DNA of 64,000 nucleotides, taken from Eledone cirrhosa (taxonomy: Eukaryota). The notes beneath the pieces were generated by a model, which saw only the letters and a list, made by a program, of their open reading frames with translations, was not told the DNA's origin and did not search any database. The DNA lies in the NCBI GenBank assembly GCA_964016885.1, contig OZ024750.1, forward strand, positions 54,436,001 to 54,500,000, in the 5' to 3' direction. Made by a program: the position numbers and the translations under genes. Positions 1 through 12,683 of the stretch are shown here, in pieces; the first letter of the stretch is position 1; the number at the start of each line of letters is the position of its first letter.

Positions 1-944
1 TGCAATAAGAAAAAGAAAGAGGGAAAAGAATACTCGTAACACACATAAATCATATTTAGCACTGATTACTAAAAAAAAATATATCTGTCCACTTTCCGTC
101 TCCGGGGGTACTGTACATGATATTATTCAACCATTATTTAGGGTTATCAACTATTATTATAGTTATCTGCATTGTGGCAAATATATTTTCAAATTTCAAA
201 TCTAATGTTTCGTAAATCATTCAAGTCTGTTTTAACACTTAATGAGCAGTTTGAAATGGGACCTATATTTCATACCTGGCTTTTGCTTAGTAACAGTTCA
301 GTTTTACTACATTTTGCAGTTGGCTTGGGCCTCCTGCCAACTTTCTATATGCCTGTCTGTAATCAACACGATCCCAATTGAGGAGTCTCTATGTGGTTGC
401 TCGACCTACTAGAAATAGTTTCCCCAAATCATAGACTTAACCCGTCACTCAGTTTAACATTGTCACCTGGTCCCTGGGTGTCTTCAGCGGAAAATGCTTT
501 GTTGCAAGTATTTGGGTTAGGTATCCTTCCTGTCTGCGGATACCTTCCTCTCGTTATCCTACCTGTATTGGGGACCCTTCCTCCTCTAAACGATTAAAAG
601 ATGGATTATAGACATAACTACAATTTATTGCCCACCCCCACTTCTCAGCCAGCTTTGTTTCCTTATGTCTTAATAATACACAATTTTAAAATGAAATTCG
701 CAGATACAATTTTGAAAATGTAGATTACGATTATGTTGATTAAAATTAAAAAAGTTAAATAAACATTAAAAAACAAAACAAAGCAAATTAACACTTTCAT
801 TATGGTATGGTTCAGTTTCATTTACTGAATACTTTCCATTTGTTTTGTAGTAGGCTAAACATAAACACGGATTCTTTTCGTCATGTCTTCCAATTTCACG
901 TTGATAATGAACAATTTCTTGTTGACGATGAATAATATCAATTT

Positions 945-1052
945 CACTCTTCCGAGGTCCATCAAATAAAATACCAGTCATGCACTGGGGACGATTTAAT
1001 CGACTTTCCCCTCTCCAACTTTTTGGCCTTGTGCCTAAATCAGAAATTATTA
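945..1052 (-). mobile_element. 3' fragment of tRNA-derived SINE (family S1)
   Basis: Contains 'aaataaaataccagt...tttggccttgtgcctaaa', matching the S1 body seen elsewhere in the window; degraded, and orientation uncertain. Confidence 0.4.
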
Positions 1053-1172
1053 TTACTTTTTTTTGTCTACCATAAATTTTGAAATCAGTTTGAAGCAAAG
1101 ATCCGATGAAATTTTCAGCTTGAAGTTCCCATGCTCAATTAATCCACCCCTGATACCGTCCTATTATCTGAA

Positions 1173-1275
1173 TGCCGAGGTTAACTTTGCCTTTCATCCT
1201 TACGGGGTCGATACAATAAAGTACCAGTAATGTACTGTATAATTGCTGGCCTTGTGCCTAAAGTAGAAACAATTA
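1173..1275 (+). mobile_element. SINE S1, 5'-truncated
   Basis: 'gccgaggttaactttgcctttcatccttacggggtcgat...aaagtaccagt...ggccttgtgcctaaagtagaaacaatt'. Confidence 0.8.
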
Positions 1276-1377
1276 TCTGAATACAAACCAAAACAGTTAT
1301 ATAATGCTCACAACTATTTAGTTGTCTCTGATAATGTCTGCTTTATTTCTGTCTTTTCATAAACATAGTAGTTAGTG

Positions 1378-1557
1378 TCATTGGCAGTATCGGTAGAGGG
1401 TCAGACGCCATGCTTTCCAGCATAGTTACGTTCGGTTATGTTCTGAGTTCAAATCCTGCCGAGGTTAACTTTGCCTTTCATCCTTACCGGGTCGATAAAA
1501 TAAAGTACCAGTAATGCACTGGTAATTGCTGGCCTTGTGCCAATAGTAGAAACAATT
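1378..1557 (+). mobile_element. SINE S1 (tRNA-derived head, conserved central domain resembling the Meta domain)
   Basis: A-box-like 'tggcagtatcggtagag', B-box 'gagttcaaatcc', central 'ctttgcctttcatccttacc/ggggtcgataaaataaagtaccag'; more than 10 copies in the window. The domain name is from memory and unverified. Confidence 0.85.
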
Positions 1558-1904
1558 AATTTCTTTAATTTCATTTTACTTCACTTATATCTGCAATACA
1601 TGGTCTAACTTTTTTTCCTTTTGCAAATCTTCGGATCTCTTTAAATGTTGCCTTAATTACAAATTGGTTGGAATTACTAAATAAAAAAAAAATGTAATCA
1701 TTTCAAAATCCACAAACTAACTTATATTCATTAACTACGACTGACTAGCGAATTTCTGTAATAACCATCACCACATCACCGTTGCGCTAAACTGAACATG
1801 TTTATATTGTCAGTGATATCAAATTGACAGTACTTCCTCACATTCTACTACTGCCACTACTACAGGGTAGCCGGCACGTAAATAGACCATTAGAAAAAAT
1901 AATA

Positions 1905-2074
1905 CAGTAAAATTCCGTTATAACGAAATTCACGGGGTATAAAATTCGTTGTAACGAAACATTTTTTAAACGGGATCAAACTAACACATTGAGCGTGTGG
2001 CCCGGTATTGAAACAAATTTCGTTATACTGATAAATTCGTTATAATGATATTTGTTATAACAGAATTTTGCCTG
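1905..2074. mobile_element. Tc1/mariner-pogo-type MITE
   Basis: TA|cagtaaaattccgttataacgaa ... tttgttataacagaattttgcctg|TA; internal cgttata(a)c repeats. Confidence 0.7.
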
Positions 2075-2134
2075 TAATAACATCTATTTTTCATTGGGAT
2101 TTTTTTTAATTCCATATTTTGAAAATCCGAAATA

Positions 2135-2292
2135 TTTACGTCCTCAGTTTGCTCGAGAATTTCTCAGAATTTGGATGCAATAATATCTGCATACCTGGTC
2201 CTGATGTCCTTATCCACCAACGCTTCCCACTTTATCTTGTAGGTCGCCCTGGAATTGCCAGTTTTGGGGACTTTTTTGTCTTCAGGTAGTCT
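2135..2292 (-). pseudogene. Degraded LINE (RTE-like) ORF fragment, EN-RT linker region
   Basis: Minus translation 'RATYKIKWEALVDKDIRTRYADIIASKF*EILEQTEDV' resembles the post-endonuclease linker of RTE ORFs. Confidence 0.4.
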
Positions 2293-2296
2293 CATA

Positions 2297-2820
2297 CTAG
2301 ATGAGGGCGACGTCTTCTCACCCTTTGTTTCACACGCTCTTTCTCTCTAAACAAATAATTGTTTCTACTTTAGGCACAAGGCCAGCAATTACTCAGTGCA
2401 TTACTGGTACTTTATTTTATCGACCCCGTAAGGATGAAAGGCAAAGTCAACCTCGGCGAGATTTGAACTCAGATCGTAAAGGGACGTAACTATGCTGGAA
2501 AGCATGGCGTCCGACACTCTACCGATACTGCCAATCCACCGCCCTAAACAAATAATGTTCCTTTTCTCTCTCTATTTATGTACATATCCCTCGTTTGGCG
2601 CTCCCCTTCTCTCTCTCGATGTCATAACTTTCTGTCACATCAAAAACACGGTGTTCCCTTTTCTTTCTCTATGTCAAGGGCTGTGCCCAGCATGGCCTCA
2701 GCCGGATGGCTGGAACAGGTAAAAAAATAAAAGAGTACATATCTCTCGCTTGGTGCTCCCCCTCTCTAAAGTGAATGTAACGGACGGATGGACGAACAGA
2801 CAGCGTTCTTATAATATAGA
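2297..2820 (-). mobile_element. Non-autonomous Helitron-like element with nested SINE
   Basis: Minus strand reads a|TCTATATTATAAGAACGCTGTCTGTTCGTCCATCCG... and ends ...CTAG|t, with subterminal imperfect hairpin gagggcga/tcaccctt; A/T target. Confidence 0.6.
2360..2543 (-). mobile_element. Full-length SINE S1 with 13-bp TSD
   Basis: TSD ctaaacaaataat at 2347-2359 and 2544-2556; head ggcggtggattggcagtatcggtagag. Confidence 0.9.
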
Positions 2821-3628
2821 TTTAAATGTGCAAATATGACTTAATTTAGCATAAAAATGGTAGTGTGTGTTTGGTTATTCCAGCGTCTTAGCTAAGCCTT
2901 AATCTGCGGTAATGCTGTGATCATGGTTTGCCATATAGAATATCATTCAATATCATTCAATATTTAATTATGGTCGGTGTTGTATGTTTATATATATTAC
3001 TTTTATTTTCCCAAACAAAGGTGGCTGGCCCTTTTAATTACAGGTACACTCTATGCATGAGGTTTCCAAACGATCTGCCTCCACCTAATTTCACTCACAA
3101 GGTTTGGGGCCATTCGAAGTTATAGTAAATAATATTTGAACGTCTTAATCATTTGATCATGCTGTTACCACCACAGATAAATAGATGCTTATAATACAAC
3201 ATAAATAAAAAAAATGACAAGGTTATATAAAAGAGAGATGTTTGTTTGTTGGTTTGTTGCTTCGTGCATCACACAAAAACGAAAACTGACAATTGAAAAG
3301 TCATCATCATCATCGTTTAACATCTATCTTCGCCGCTAGGATGGGTTAGAAAAATAAGTACAGCAATGGAATAAGAGTATACCCAGGAAGGTTAATTTTA
3401 TTAAATCAAAGAAAAAAAACATCCTGGGTATGCTAAACAACCTGACTGCTATTTCTAGCAGGTTGGGAGACAACCATAAGGGATTCTCTCTGTGTTGTCA
3501 GCGATGCTTGTGTTTCGCAGCCAGTGTCTCCGATTCGAATGTTGGTTTACACACGCATACGCACTTACACACATATATAATTATCTATATATAATTATCT
3601 ACATCTATATATATATATATATATAATA

Positions 3629-4699
3629 CTAGCTGAGCTACCCGGTTATTCCTGGGTATTTTATTAAAGTTACAATACTTGATCATTGAAATATGATTTC
3701 TGAATTTTAACTAAAGTAGGAATTATAGCAGAATATTTATTGCCGTTTGTTGAAAGCAAATCATGTAGATAAAAATATTATTAGTTGTGTCGAGTGGTGA
3801 TTTTTTTTAAATACTGCTCCCTATTAAAGTCAGCATATATAATGCTTCACACTTGGAAGAATCATTAGGTATGTCAGTGAAAAGGGCATGACCCAAAAAA
3901 TATATTTAGATTTTATTTATCCCTTTTTTTTTTTGCACAATCAGAACCTCTGAAATTCAAACAAATTGTGAAGACTATTTTAAAAAGCACAAATAAAATA
4001 AAATAAAATAAAATAAAATAAAAAAATAAATTTACCATTGGTTGATGAATGAATGAAGAATTTACTTACTCATTTTTGTAATTCAGGAAAGTTTATTTAA
4101 ATGTAAGTGTGGTAAATATATACATATACACCAGGAACCAAACTCCCACTGTCCCTGCCTCCATCTCTCCAGATCTCCCTATCACTCACTATCACTCACT
4201 ATTATGAGCAAATGGAGCCCGATGTGCTGGCCGCCCAGCAGCCTCGGTGGTCGGAATAGTGGATGGTGAAGGAGACGCGCTGGAAAATCCATACCCTGCA
4301 GGTAGCCAACTGTGTGGCGAAGGTGGTGAGTTGGGAGGTAGCCCTAGAGCCAAGGACACCAGAAGTCTCCATTGCTATGGGTTCAGCAACAAACCTGTCG
4401 GAGAGCAACCGATATTTTGATAGTTTACCCTCCTTGGCCCAAAGTACGGCAGAGCCTGGGTTAATTATAATTTTTACACTAGCTTTCACCAACTTTTACC
4501 TCTATGGCAGTAGGATCTCGTTTGAGGGAGATTTGTTTTCTATTTCTTTTAGGTACACCAGCAGTTATAGTGGCTTCCATGACATACATACACACACATA
4601 CATGTGTTTGTGTGTGTAAGACTGTTCGCTGTGGTTTGAAATGGATTTTGCTAATATTTCTAGTAGATCGAGGTATCACATACATCCTTTCCTTTTTGC

Positions 4700-4739
<40 letters not shown>

Positions 4740-5304
4740 TACACATACATGAGACAGTAGACTGGGATATATATGTCTCTAACTTAAGTACGGTGATTAA
4801 CACACACACTTGTTTCTAATTTAAGAACACCAAGACACACACATGGTCACATACAGTCTCATTAGGACTTTTGTGAAAGAGAGAAAGAGAAGTAATGTTA
4901 AGAAAGGAGTTAATTAAGAAGTGTTTAAAAAATAAATAATTAAGTTTTCTCTCTTTCTTTGGCTCTCTCTCTCATCCCCCTCTCTCTCTTATCCTCTCTC
5001 TCTCATCCCCTCTCTTATCTCCTCTCTCTCAACCCCTCTCTCTTTCTCTACAGAATGAAGAACAAAAAAACATAACTTGTTGCTTCGTTTTGGAGGACTG
5101 AGTTGTGGGAGGAGGAAGGGGAGTAGTGGGAGGGAGGGTTTAATGTCCCCAGGGATTCGATTATTGATTTTTATTGAAATCCAATTAGCTAGTCCTGTTT
5201 CTGAATATTAGCTTAACATGTGTGTAAAGTTTCAGCAGGATCAGATCACAGGTTTAGACGCCAACTGGTTGCACACAGACAGAAATTGCCATTTATATAG
5301 TAGA
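3629..5304 (-). mobile_element. Non-autonomous Helitron (TC...hairpin-CTAG)
   Basis: Minus 5' a|TCTACTATATAAATGGCAATTTCTGTCTGTG; 3' hairpin acccgg-ttattc-ctgggt followed by CTAG|t. Pairing of the two ends is inferred. Confidence 0.6.
4140..4450 (-). pseudogene. C-terminal restriction-like endonuclease fragment of an RLE-type (CRE-like) LINE
   Basis: 'KLSKYRLLSDRFVAEPIAMETSGVLGSRA...WIFQRVSFTI' matches the K..KY..L...F.P.A.ET.G..G...QR.S pattern. Confidence 0.6.
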
Positions 5305-5848
5305 TGAAAGATTGGAACTTTCATCACCCTTTTGAGAAACATGGACCAACCACGTCTATGCAATGACACACACTTTACAGTCAGGCAGAAGATGAACCAT
5401 GTCCTAGAGGTCTCAATCATTAAGGAGAAAATGCATTTATTCCCAAAATTCCTCTCATCCCTTCCTCTACTAAGCTGCTATTCAAATTCTCAAGACTTTA
5501 GTTCTCTGTTAGAGCCAGTTTTACTTTGACCATAAATAAAGCTCAGGCTCAGAGTTTCAAAGTTGTAGAATTGAATACAAGAGAATCGTTTTTTACCCAT
5601 GGACAGTTATATATATGTAGGTTGTTCATGAGTGGAAACTCCTAGAAATCTTCATATACTATGCATGAATGGTAAAATGAAGAACCTGGTGTATCTGGAA
5701 GATTTCTTACGATTTATTTTTATTTCTCACAAACACACCTCAGTATCGCCTCATACTGTAAACCAGACAACACATCCAATATATTCATTTTCTTTTCTAC
5801 TTCTCTTATCTTCTGTTTACTCCGGGCAAAACTGGGTACATCAGCTAG
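5305..5848 (+). mobile_element. Helitron 3' end with decayed PIF1-type helicase C-terminus
   Basis: Frames give 'KIG..ITLLRNMDQPRLCN', 'FIPKIPLIPS', 'F.VRASFTLTINKAQAQS', 'FTHGQLY', 'GCS*V..PRNLHIL', 'KNLVY' with stops/frameshifts; ends hairpin + CTAG|t at 5845-5848. Confidence 0.85.
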
Positions 5849-5862
5849 TATTACAGTACTAG

Positions 5863-6110
5863 GTAATCCTTCGTTTTAAGATCACAGACAACTTCCGGCC
5901 ATTTCCGTGAGTGAAAAAGACTATTAATGTGTGTGTGCCCATACCCTGACCTGACTTTCCTCGTAACTTTCTTAATTATGCATATCTAGAGGGATAAACT
6001 TTTGAAGGTGTAGATCACGATTATGTTCATAACCCCTCCTCCTTTTTTTAAAATGTCATTTTCACTCATAGAAATTAGCGGAAGTTGTCTGTGATCTTAA
6101 GATGGATTAC
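5863..6110. mobile_element. MITE with ~30-bp TIRs
   Basis: gtaatcc..ttaagatcacagacaacttccg / cggaagttgtctgtgatcttaa..ggattac. Confidence 0.65.
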
Positions 6111-7129
6111 TGAATAAAATTGTTTTAAAAAATCATTAAATTTTTAAATAGTAAAGCCATACGTCTTGAGTTCAAATCCTGCTGAGGCCAACATTGCCTT
6201 TCATCTTTAAGTACTGGGTTGGATTTTCACCATGCCACAAATTGCTGGCTTTGTGCTGAAATAATAGTAAAATCATTTATGGACCATCCTGTATTATGGA
6301 TAGAAATGGAAGTGCTGTCCTCCAGTAAATTTTATGAAAGGTGAGGGAAATTGGCATTGATGAATGGGCCTACTGTAGTAATGTGGTTATTGACTGTCTT
6401 GCGGTAAGTACTCAGGAGAAGGTACGGACCTTTGATAGGGCCAGACTTTCAGCTGCTATATGAAATTTGAGGCCCTTCTCTAAAAAAATATAATTATTTT
6501 TTATATTAAGGTTACTGATAAATGATAAATAATATATATATAATTTTTGATGATTTAGTATTAAAGAATACAAACTAACAATAAAATGAAAATATATTAT
6601 AAAAACTGAGGCCCCCCCCGAATGTGTGTGGCCATAAGCTATAACTTATAGTTCAACACTGACCTTTGGTGTGTTAAGATAGTCCACTGTTTTGATATAA
6701 CAATTATGCCTCTCATCCTATCTTTGTTTCTTCATAATTTTCTTAATAATGCATGTTTTTTAATGAAATTTTGTCGAAATATATTTTTCATGATAGGCTA
6801 CAATTGGAAATGATATAACAAATTCAATTCCTTTTAAAACCGGTTAAATTGCTCAAAGCTAAAACTGCCACCAAGTCACTAGCAAGTTCACTTTCTATCA
6901 ACAAACTTTCCTCATAATCAATCTTCAAAAGTATTCTGTATGTTGGTTCGTGAGCCAGCTTTATCTACTTCATTGTCTGGATCAGCTTTGTCCTCATTAA
7001 TGTGGTGTGGTAAATAAATATATACATACAACCCTGGCCAGACTTGCCTCCTGGCGTGGATGACTAGTCTAACCCATGCAAGTGTGGAAAAATGGATGTT
7101 AAATAATGATATACATCAGGTCCGAACAC

Positions 7130-7392
7130 AATGGAACCAAACTCCTACTGTCACAGCTTCCGTCTCTCCTGCTCTCCAAATGAGGGCTCACGCGCTGGCT
7201 GCTCCAGCGTACAGAGTAGAGAAGGTTTTTTTCCCAGAAGATGACGCACTGGAAGAGCCATTCCAGCTCACAAGGTTCACAACTGCGGGAAGCCAACTCT
7301 GTGCCAATGGTGTTGAGTAGGGAGGTGGTCCTAAGGCCAAGGACACCAGAAGTCTCCACTGCTTGTCAGAGAGCGACCAATATTTGTCGATA
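7130..7392 (-). pseudogene. Second RLE-type LINE endonuclease fragment
   Basis: Homologous to 4140-4450; 'ETSGVLGLRTTSLLNTIGTELASRSCEPCELEWLFQ'. Confidence 0.6.
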
Positions 7393-8044
7393 AAATAATA
7401 AAAAAATGGTTTCTATACTTTATATACTTTCATTATTGTATATAATTTGAGGCGGTGGATTGGCAGTATCGGTAGAGGGTTGGACGCCATGCTTTCCAGT
7501 TACGTCCCTTTACGATTCTTTGGGAAAAACTTGATAGCTAGAAAAAAAACTGATGAAAAAAATTTTCCCCCCACTGAAATTTAACAGGCTGTTTTTTATA
7601 ATAATACCATATTTTTTTGATATGAAGTTTAGTGGGGCTACAGGCTCTGAAATCCCTCATTCATCTGTAAAATACACAAATTCATGTACATGGGAACCAG
7701 TCTATAGTTTTTCCTTGGCTTTTAGTTTATATATTTATTTCTCTATTGTTGTTTAATTCACCTAAGCAACCCCTGCCCCCATCTGCTTCCCAACTGTTTT
7801 TCTATTTTGTCCTTATACTGTCAACAACTCCCTGGTCTCTGTGACATGTAAAAAGAAATTGTTTTATACTATATAGTGTGTTGATTATTCTATCATGCTA
7901 TATTAGATTATTAATCCGCCTGTTGTATAATGTCCTTAACCCTACCCTCGTTTGTCCAATGCCATATGTATTGTAACTCCTATCTTTATAACGTTTATTG
8001 TATTATGAGTGAGCATTGTGGCAGATAAATGAAATAATTATCAG

Positions 8045-8755
8045 AGTGGTGGATTGCTAGTATTGGTAGAGCGCTGGACAACATGCTTATAGTTCTGGTC
8101 AATTATGTTCTGAGTTCAAATCCTGCCGAGATTGGCTTTGTCTTTCATCCTTACGGGGTTGATAAAATAAAGTACCATTAATACTCTGGGTCGATTTAAT
8201 TGACTTTCCCCTCCTCCAAAATTGTTGGTCTTGTGCCTAAAGTAGAACATTGGACAGGCAGGTAGATTGGCAGAATCATTAGAGTATAGTCAAAATGTTG
8301 TGTGATATTTGTTTGGTTCTTTACGTTCTGAGTTCAAATCCTGTTGAGATCAACTTTACTTTTCATCATTCCAGGGCTGATATAACAAAGTACCAGTAAG
8401 GTACTTGGATTGATTTGACTTTCCTTTCCTCAAAATTACTGGCCATGTTCCTTAGAAGAAATCATTAGTAGAACATCAGACAAAATACTTTGTTTTTGTT
8501 TCAGCTCTGTATTCTAAGTTAAAATCCATCCTTCTGGGGTCAAGTATTGCTGTCAGTTTATTTAACTTTTCCCTGAAACATTATTATTATTGTTTGGATG
8601 CTGGACACTCTGCAGCATTTAGTATGAGTTCAAATCCCACCAAAGTCAACTTTGCCTTTCATCTTTCCAAGAGTGATAAAATAAAGTACCAATCAAGTAC
8701 TGGGTCGATATAATCAACTTTAACTTTCCTTCAAAATTGCTGGTTTTGTGCTTTT
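8045..8755 (+). mobile_element. Cluster of 3-4 old tandem SINE S1 copies
   Basis: Repeated 'gagttcaaatcc...tttcatc...ataaaataaagtacc...aaaattgctgg' blocks at ~8110, ~8330, ~8515 and ~8626. Confidence 0.75.
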
Positions 8756-10781
8756 GTTGCTAAATGTTTATTTCCTAAGGAAATTACTTTTTGTAATATA
8801 TATTAAACTGTTTGCTCAGTGTATGTATACACATGCACAATGGTGAATTAAGCTTGCACGAAGCTCCTGACTGTGAATTGGGGTCCCTATTGTAGTAACA
8901 GTATTCATCAGAAAATTTACACTTTTGATACAGTTCTATGATGCAAAACTGTTTTAAAGTGTTTATATTTCTCTAAAAATATCCCATCATACTGCTATGC
9001 AAGAACCCTTATGTTCTATACTTAATCCTTTTGATAACAAAGTGTTTGAAACCACCTCTGGTTCTATTATGAAAAGCTGTTTGTTTTAGAGTGTTTATGA
9101 TTATTTAAAAACCTTCCATCATAATATAATATAAGAACCTATAAGTTAGTTATATTACTAAATCCTTCTCAATTCTTAATTATTTTCAAAATGATTTTGA
9201 CTTTCTTTGGCAATATTTTAATAATATTCATAACAGCAATCACAGCTTACATTCACAGTCTCCCTGTGTAACAGTAATTGTTGAGTTTGACCCCACCAAA
9301 TCAACCCTGATTCAACAGACCTATGATCAATAACATTCCTACTGTGGCCAATCCATTTTTTATTCATAACTAATATATGTAAGAGCCAGGTGCCTCCCCA
9401 CTTCTCAACCTTCATAGGAGGTAACTCTGAACAATAGCTGACTCAGGCTGCAATACCAGTATAGAAAACAGACATAAAATGTGTCATTGAGATGTGATAC
9501 GAGGGAAATTTGGTTGTCATTTCTAGTAAGTTGAATAATCACATAGAGCAGAGCTTACCAAAGCGATTGTAGGAACTACTTAGGGAGTTGATTGAAGTTT
9601 TGGGCCAAAACCTGACATTTGTATAAGAAACGGAAATGTATAACGATGATTTCTCATTTTGGCACAAGGCCTGCAATTTGGGGTGGGGGGAAAGTCGATT
9701 AAATCAACCCCATTGCCTCTATCGACCTCAGAAGGATGAAAGGCAAAGTCATGATGATGTTTAGACTTTGTCTATTTTTGTACATGCTTGGGGGTCGATG
9801 GTGTGAAGGATAACAAAGGATTCGATGGTCTAAACAGTTTGAAAATCCCTGATAGTGTGAAGGGTTCGATGGTCTAAAGAGTTTGAAGATCCCTGACAGA
9901 GGCTTTCTCATTGACTCCCCCAGTATACCAGTGATAATGTCAATATGATTCTGAACAATAATTCTATTTGTTGTTCTTTGCTCCAGATAGCAGATAGACA
10001 ACAGGCTGTACCTTGTTATAGCAGCAACAGGAAGGTGGAGGGGAAGGTGAAGAATCTAGAATCAAAAGAAACTAGTAATGGTTTTTGTTGGCAAAAGACA
10101 GTAGATAAAATTTGTAAAATCAGATAAGTTTGTTTGCTGTGAGGTGTGTTCTGACATATCAGACACTTCTTTCTGAAGTATGTGAACTCTGAATGGACTA
10201 AGTCAGTAGTTTCCAAACTTATTTTGTTGCAGAACTCTTATAGGATAACCTCCACCCCCAGAATCCGTATCTATTTTACAGACCCACTGTTATAGTTTAA
10301 ATATGGAAGTGAAACAATTGTGTATTTTAGGGAGAGAATTTCTTAGTATAAAAAAGTATATTACATTTCTGTTATATATTAACATAGAGAAGATCCCAGA
10401 CCCCACTTAATATTAATGATGTGATATTATTGTAATAATGAGAAAGTTATATTAATAATCCCTCTAAAATCTTGATAACTTAAAGATTATTTGGAAATTG
10501 TAGGCGGTCTTTTAATTGGCAATGAAGGGTTAAGACAGATAACAATGATAGAACATCTTGAATTGAAATTTAATTAACAGCTTGTGTTAATGAAATATTT
10601 ACTAATTAAACATTTGACTGTTTGTGTACTTCTCAGACATTAGGTATCCAATTCCACAGAAGATCACATTATCATTAATATTATATTGTTGTATAATCCT
10701 ATAATTTTAGAATCTTCCACTGACCATATACTATTTTTGAATGATCCCCCTCTCACTCTCTCTCTGTATATGTATATATAT

Positions 10782-10892
10782 ATAGGAAAATGTTTAACCC
10801 CGACAGCGTAGCTCAAGCCGTTTCAACAGTTATTTCTGAAATAGCCGTCGAAACGGCTTGAGCTCTGCCGTTGGGGTCAAACATTTTCCTAT
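10782..10892. repeat. Fold-back palindrome (~55-bp arms) flanked by short TA runs
   Basis: taggaaaatgttt..cccc..agctcaagccgtttc..tatttc-t-gaaata..gaaacggcttgagct..gggg..aaacattttccta; mismatches are mostly transitions. Confidence 0.85.
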
Positions 10893-11149
10893 TACCCACT
10901 CTACTACCCTAAGTATTGAGTACTCTGGTGCGTTATGGTCCATCTGGTTCCTTACCACACCTCCTTCGTTATATATATATATATTCACACACATACATAC
11001 AGGTATGTACAAACGAAAGAAAAGCATTTAACACATAATGTATGATAGTATTTATATTAGCAGTTTCACTTAACTCTGCATTACCAGAGGTTTCAAGATG
11101 AAATTACATGTCATTAGATGCATTTTCTCTAATGCATCTAATTAATAAC

Positions 11150-11334
11150 TGTTTCTACTTTAGGCATAAGGCCAGCAATTACCCAGTACATTACTGGTAC
11201 TTTATTTTATCGACCGCGTAAGGATGAAAGGCAAAGTTAACCTCGGCGGGATTTGAACTCAGACTGTAAAGGGACGTAACTATGCTAGAAAGCATGGCGT
11301 CCAACCCTCTACCGATACTGCCAATTCACCGCTC
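11150..11334 (-). mobile_element. Full-length SINE S1 with 15-bp TSD
   Basis: TSD catctaattaataac at 11135-11149 and 11335-11349. Confidence 0.9.
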
Positions 11335-11639
11335 CATCTAATTAATAACATCGATGCAGTGGAGTTAAGACAAACTGTTTATGTAAATACTATATATATG
11401 TATATATACATATAAGAAAATGAGTTTTTTTTTAAATGAAAATAAACGAGATGTCCTACACGAGTAAAAGTATAAGGAAAAAAGATGAAATCGAAAATTC
11501 AATTGGAGTCTTTTTAAGAATATTTATTTGTTTCCTTTACTGGTTTCACAGTTCTTATGCTTTACAAAAGATGGAGGGTTTGTGGTTTTTCTCGCATGTA
11601 TATATAATTGTTTCTACTTTTGGCACAAGGCCAGCAATT

Positions 11640-11995
11640 CATCATCATTTCATTTTACGTCCACTTTTTCCCTGCTTGCAAGGGTGGGACGGGAACTGAT
11701 TCTGGTTTGATTTCTACAGCTGGATGCCCTTCCTAACGCCAACCTCAATTACAGTGAGTGCTGGGTGCTTTTTTTCCCTGGCACCTCCACAACCACTTTG
11801 CAGTGGAATGATATGGACCCCAGTCCCTATCATCTTATTACTACAGCTGAGTAAACTGGAGCAATGTGAAATAAAGTGCCTTGCTCAAGGAAACAACACA
11901 TCACCCGGTCTGAGAATTGAACTCACAACCTTTCGATTGCAAGGCCAATGCTCTAACCACTAAGCCATGTGCCTCCCCACTAAGCCATGTGCCTC
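11640..11995 (-). mobile_element. tRNA-derived CORE-like SINE (S2) with RTE-derived tail, nested in an S1 copy
   Basis: Head ggaggcacatggcttagtggttagagc...gagttcaattct; CORE-like 'tccttgagcaaggcactttatttcacattgctcc'; tail ccgtcccacccttgcaagcagggaaaa..ggacgtaaaatg..gatgatg; caatt TSD; host S1 spans ~11608-12070. Confidence 0.85.
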
Positions 11996-12072
11996 CAATT
12001 ACCTAGTGCATTACTGGTACTTTATTTTATCGACCCCCGTAAGGATGAAAGGCAAAGTTAACCTTGCCTTAA

Positions 12073-12310
12073 TGGGGGTCGATAAAATAAAGTACCAGTA
12101 ATGCACTGGTAATTGCTGGCATTGTGCCAAAAGTAGAAACAATTATATATATATATTAAATCTCGCATGTATATATAATTGTTTCTACTTTTGGCACAAG
12201 GCCAGCAAATACCCAGTGTATTACTGGTACTTTATTTTATCAACCCCGTAAGGATGAAAGGCAAAGTTAACCTCAGCGGGATTTGAACTCAGAATGGCAA
12301 GGGCCGTAAC
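12073..12310. mobile_element. Two further SINE S1 pieces (plus 12073-12145, minus 12178-12310)
   Basis: Direct match to the S1 central/3' region in opposite orientations. Confidence 0.75.
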
Positions 12311-12393
12311 TCTATACGTCAATGTATATATAATGTTTACGTATTTGTTCAGCAAGAATCTTGATTTGAAATCGTGTGTTAAAACCGATATTG

Positions 12394-12675
12394 TTATATT
12401 TGGAGATGGTCATTTTCCCAATTGAACACATGCACCATATAACTTTCACTTTATCTTTATTCTTCTGTCAAAGCTCTTTTGTCACACCAATCTGTGACCT
12501 CCTCAATAACTATCGACAAAATAAAATAGAAATGTAAGACCAGAAAAAGAAGAGGCATAAAAAAAATCGATAGACATTGAAGAGGTCACAGATTGGTGTG
12601 ACGGAAGAAGAAAAAATAAGTTAAAGTTATATGGTGCGTGTGTGTCAATTGGCAAAATGACCATCCCAAATATAT
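12394..12675. repeat. Imperfect palindromic (fold-back/MITE-like) element
   Basis: tatatttgg.gatggtcatttt..caattg...gtcacaccaatctgtgacctc / gaggtcacagattggtgtgac...caattg..aaaatgaccatc.ccaaatata. Confidence 0.8.
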
Positions 12676-12683
12676 ATAAATAT

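Noticed and set aside
172-1098. Possible host exons in short non-repetitive stretches (also 9870-10220)
   Set aside because: No recognisable domain or consistent splice chain; would need RNA-seq
1378-1460. tRNA genes at A/B-box motifs
   Set aside because: They are SINE heads; no cloverleaf, and followed by the SINE body
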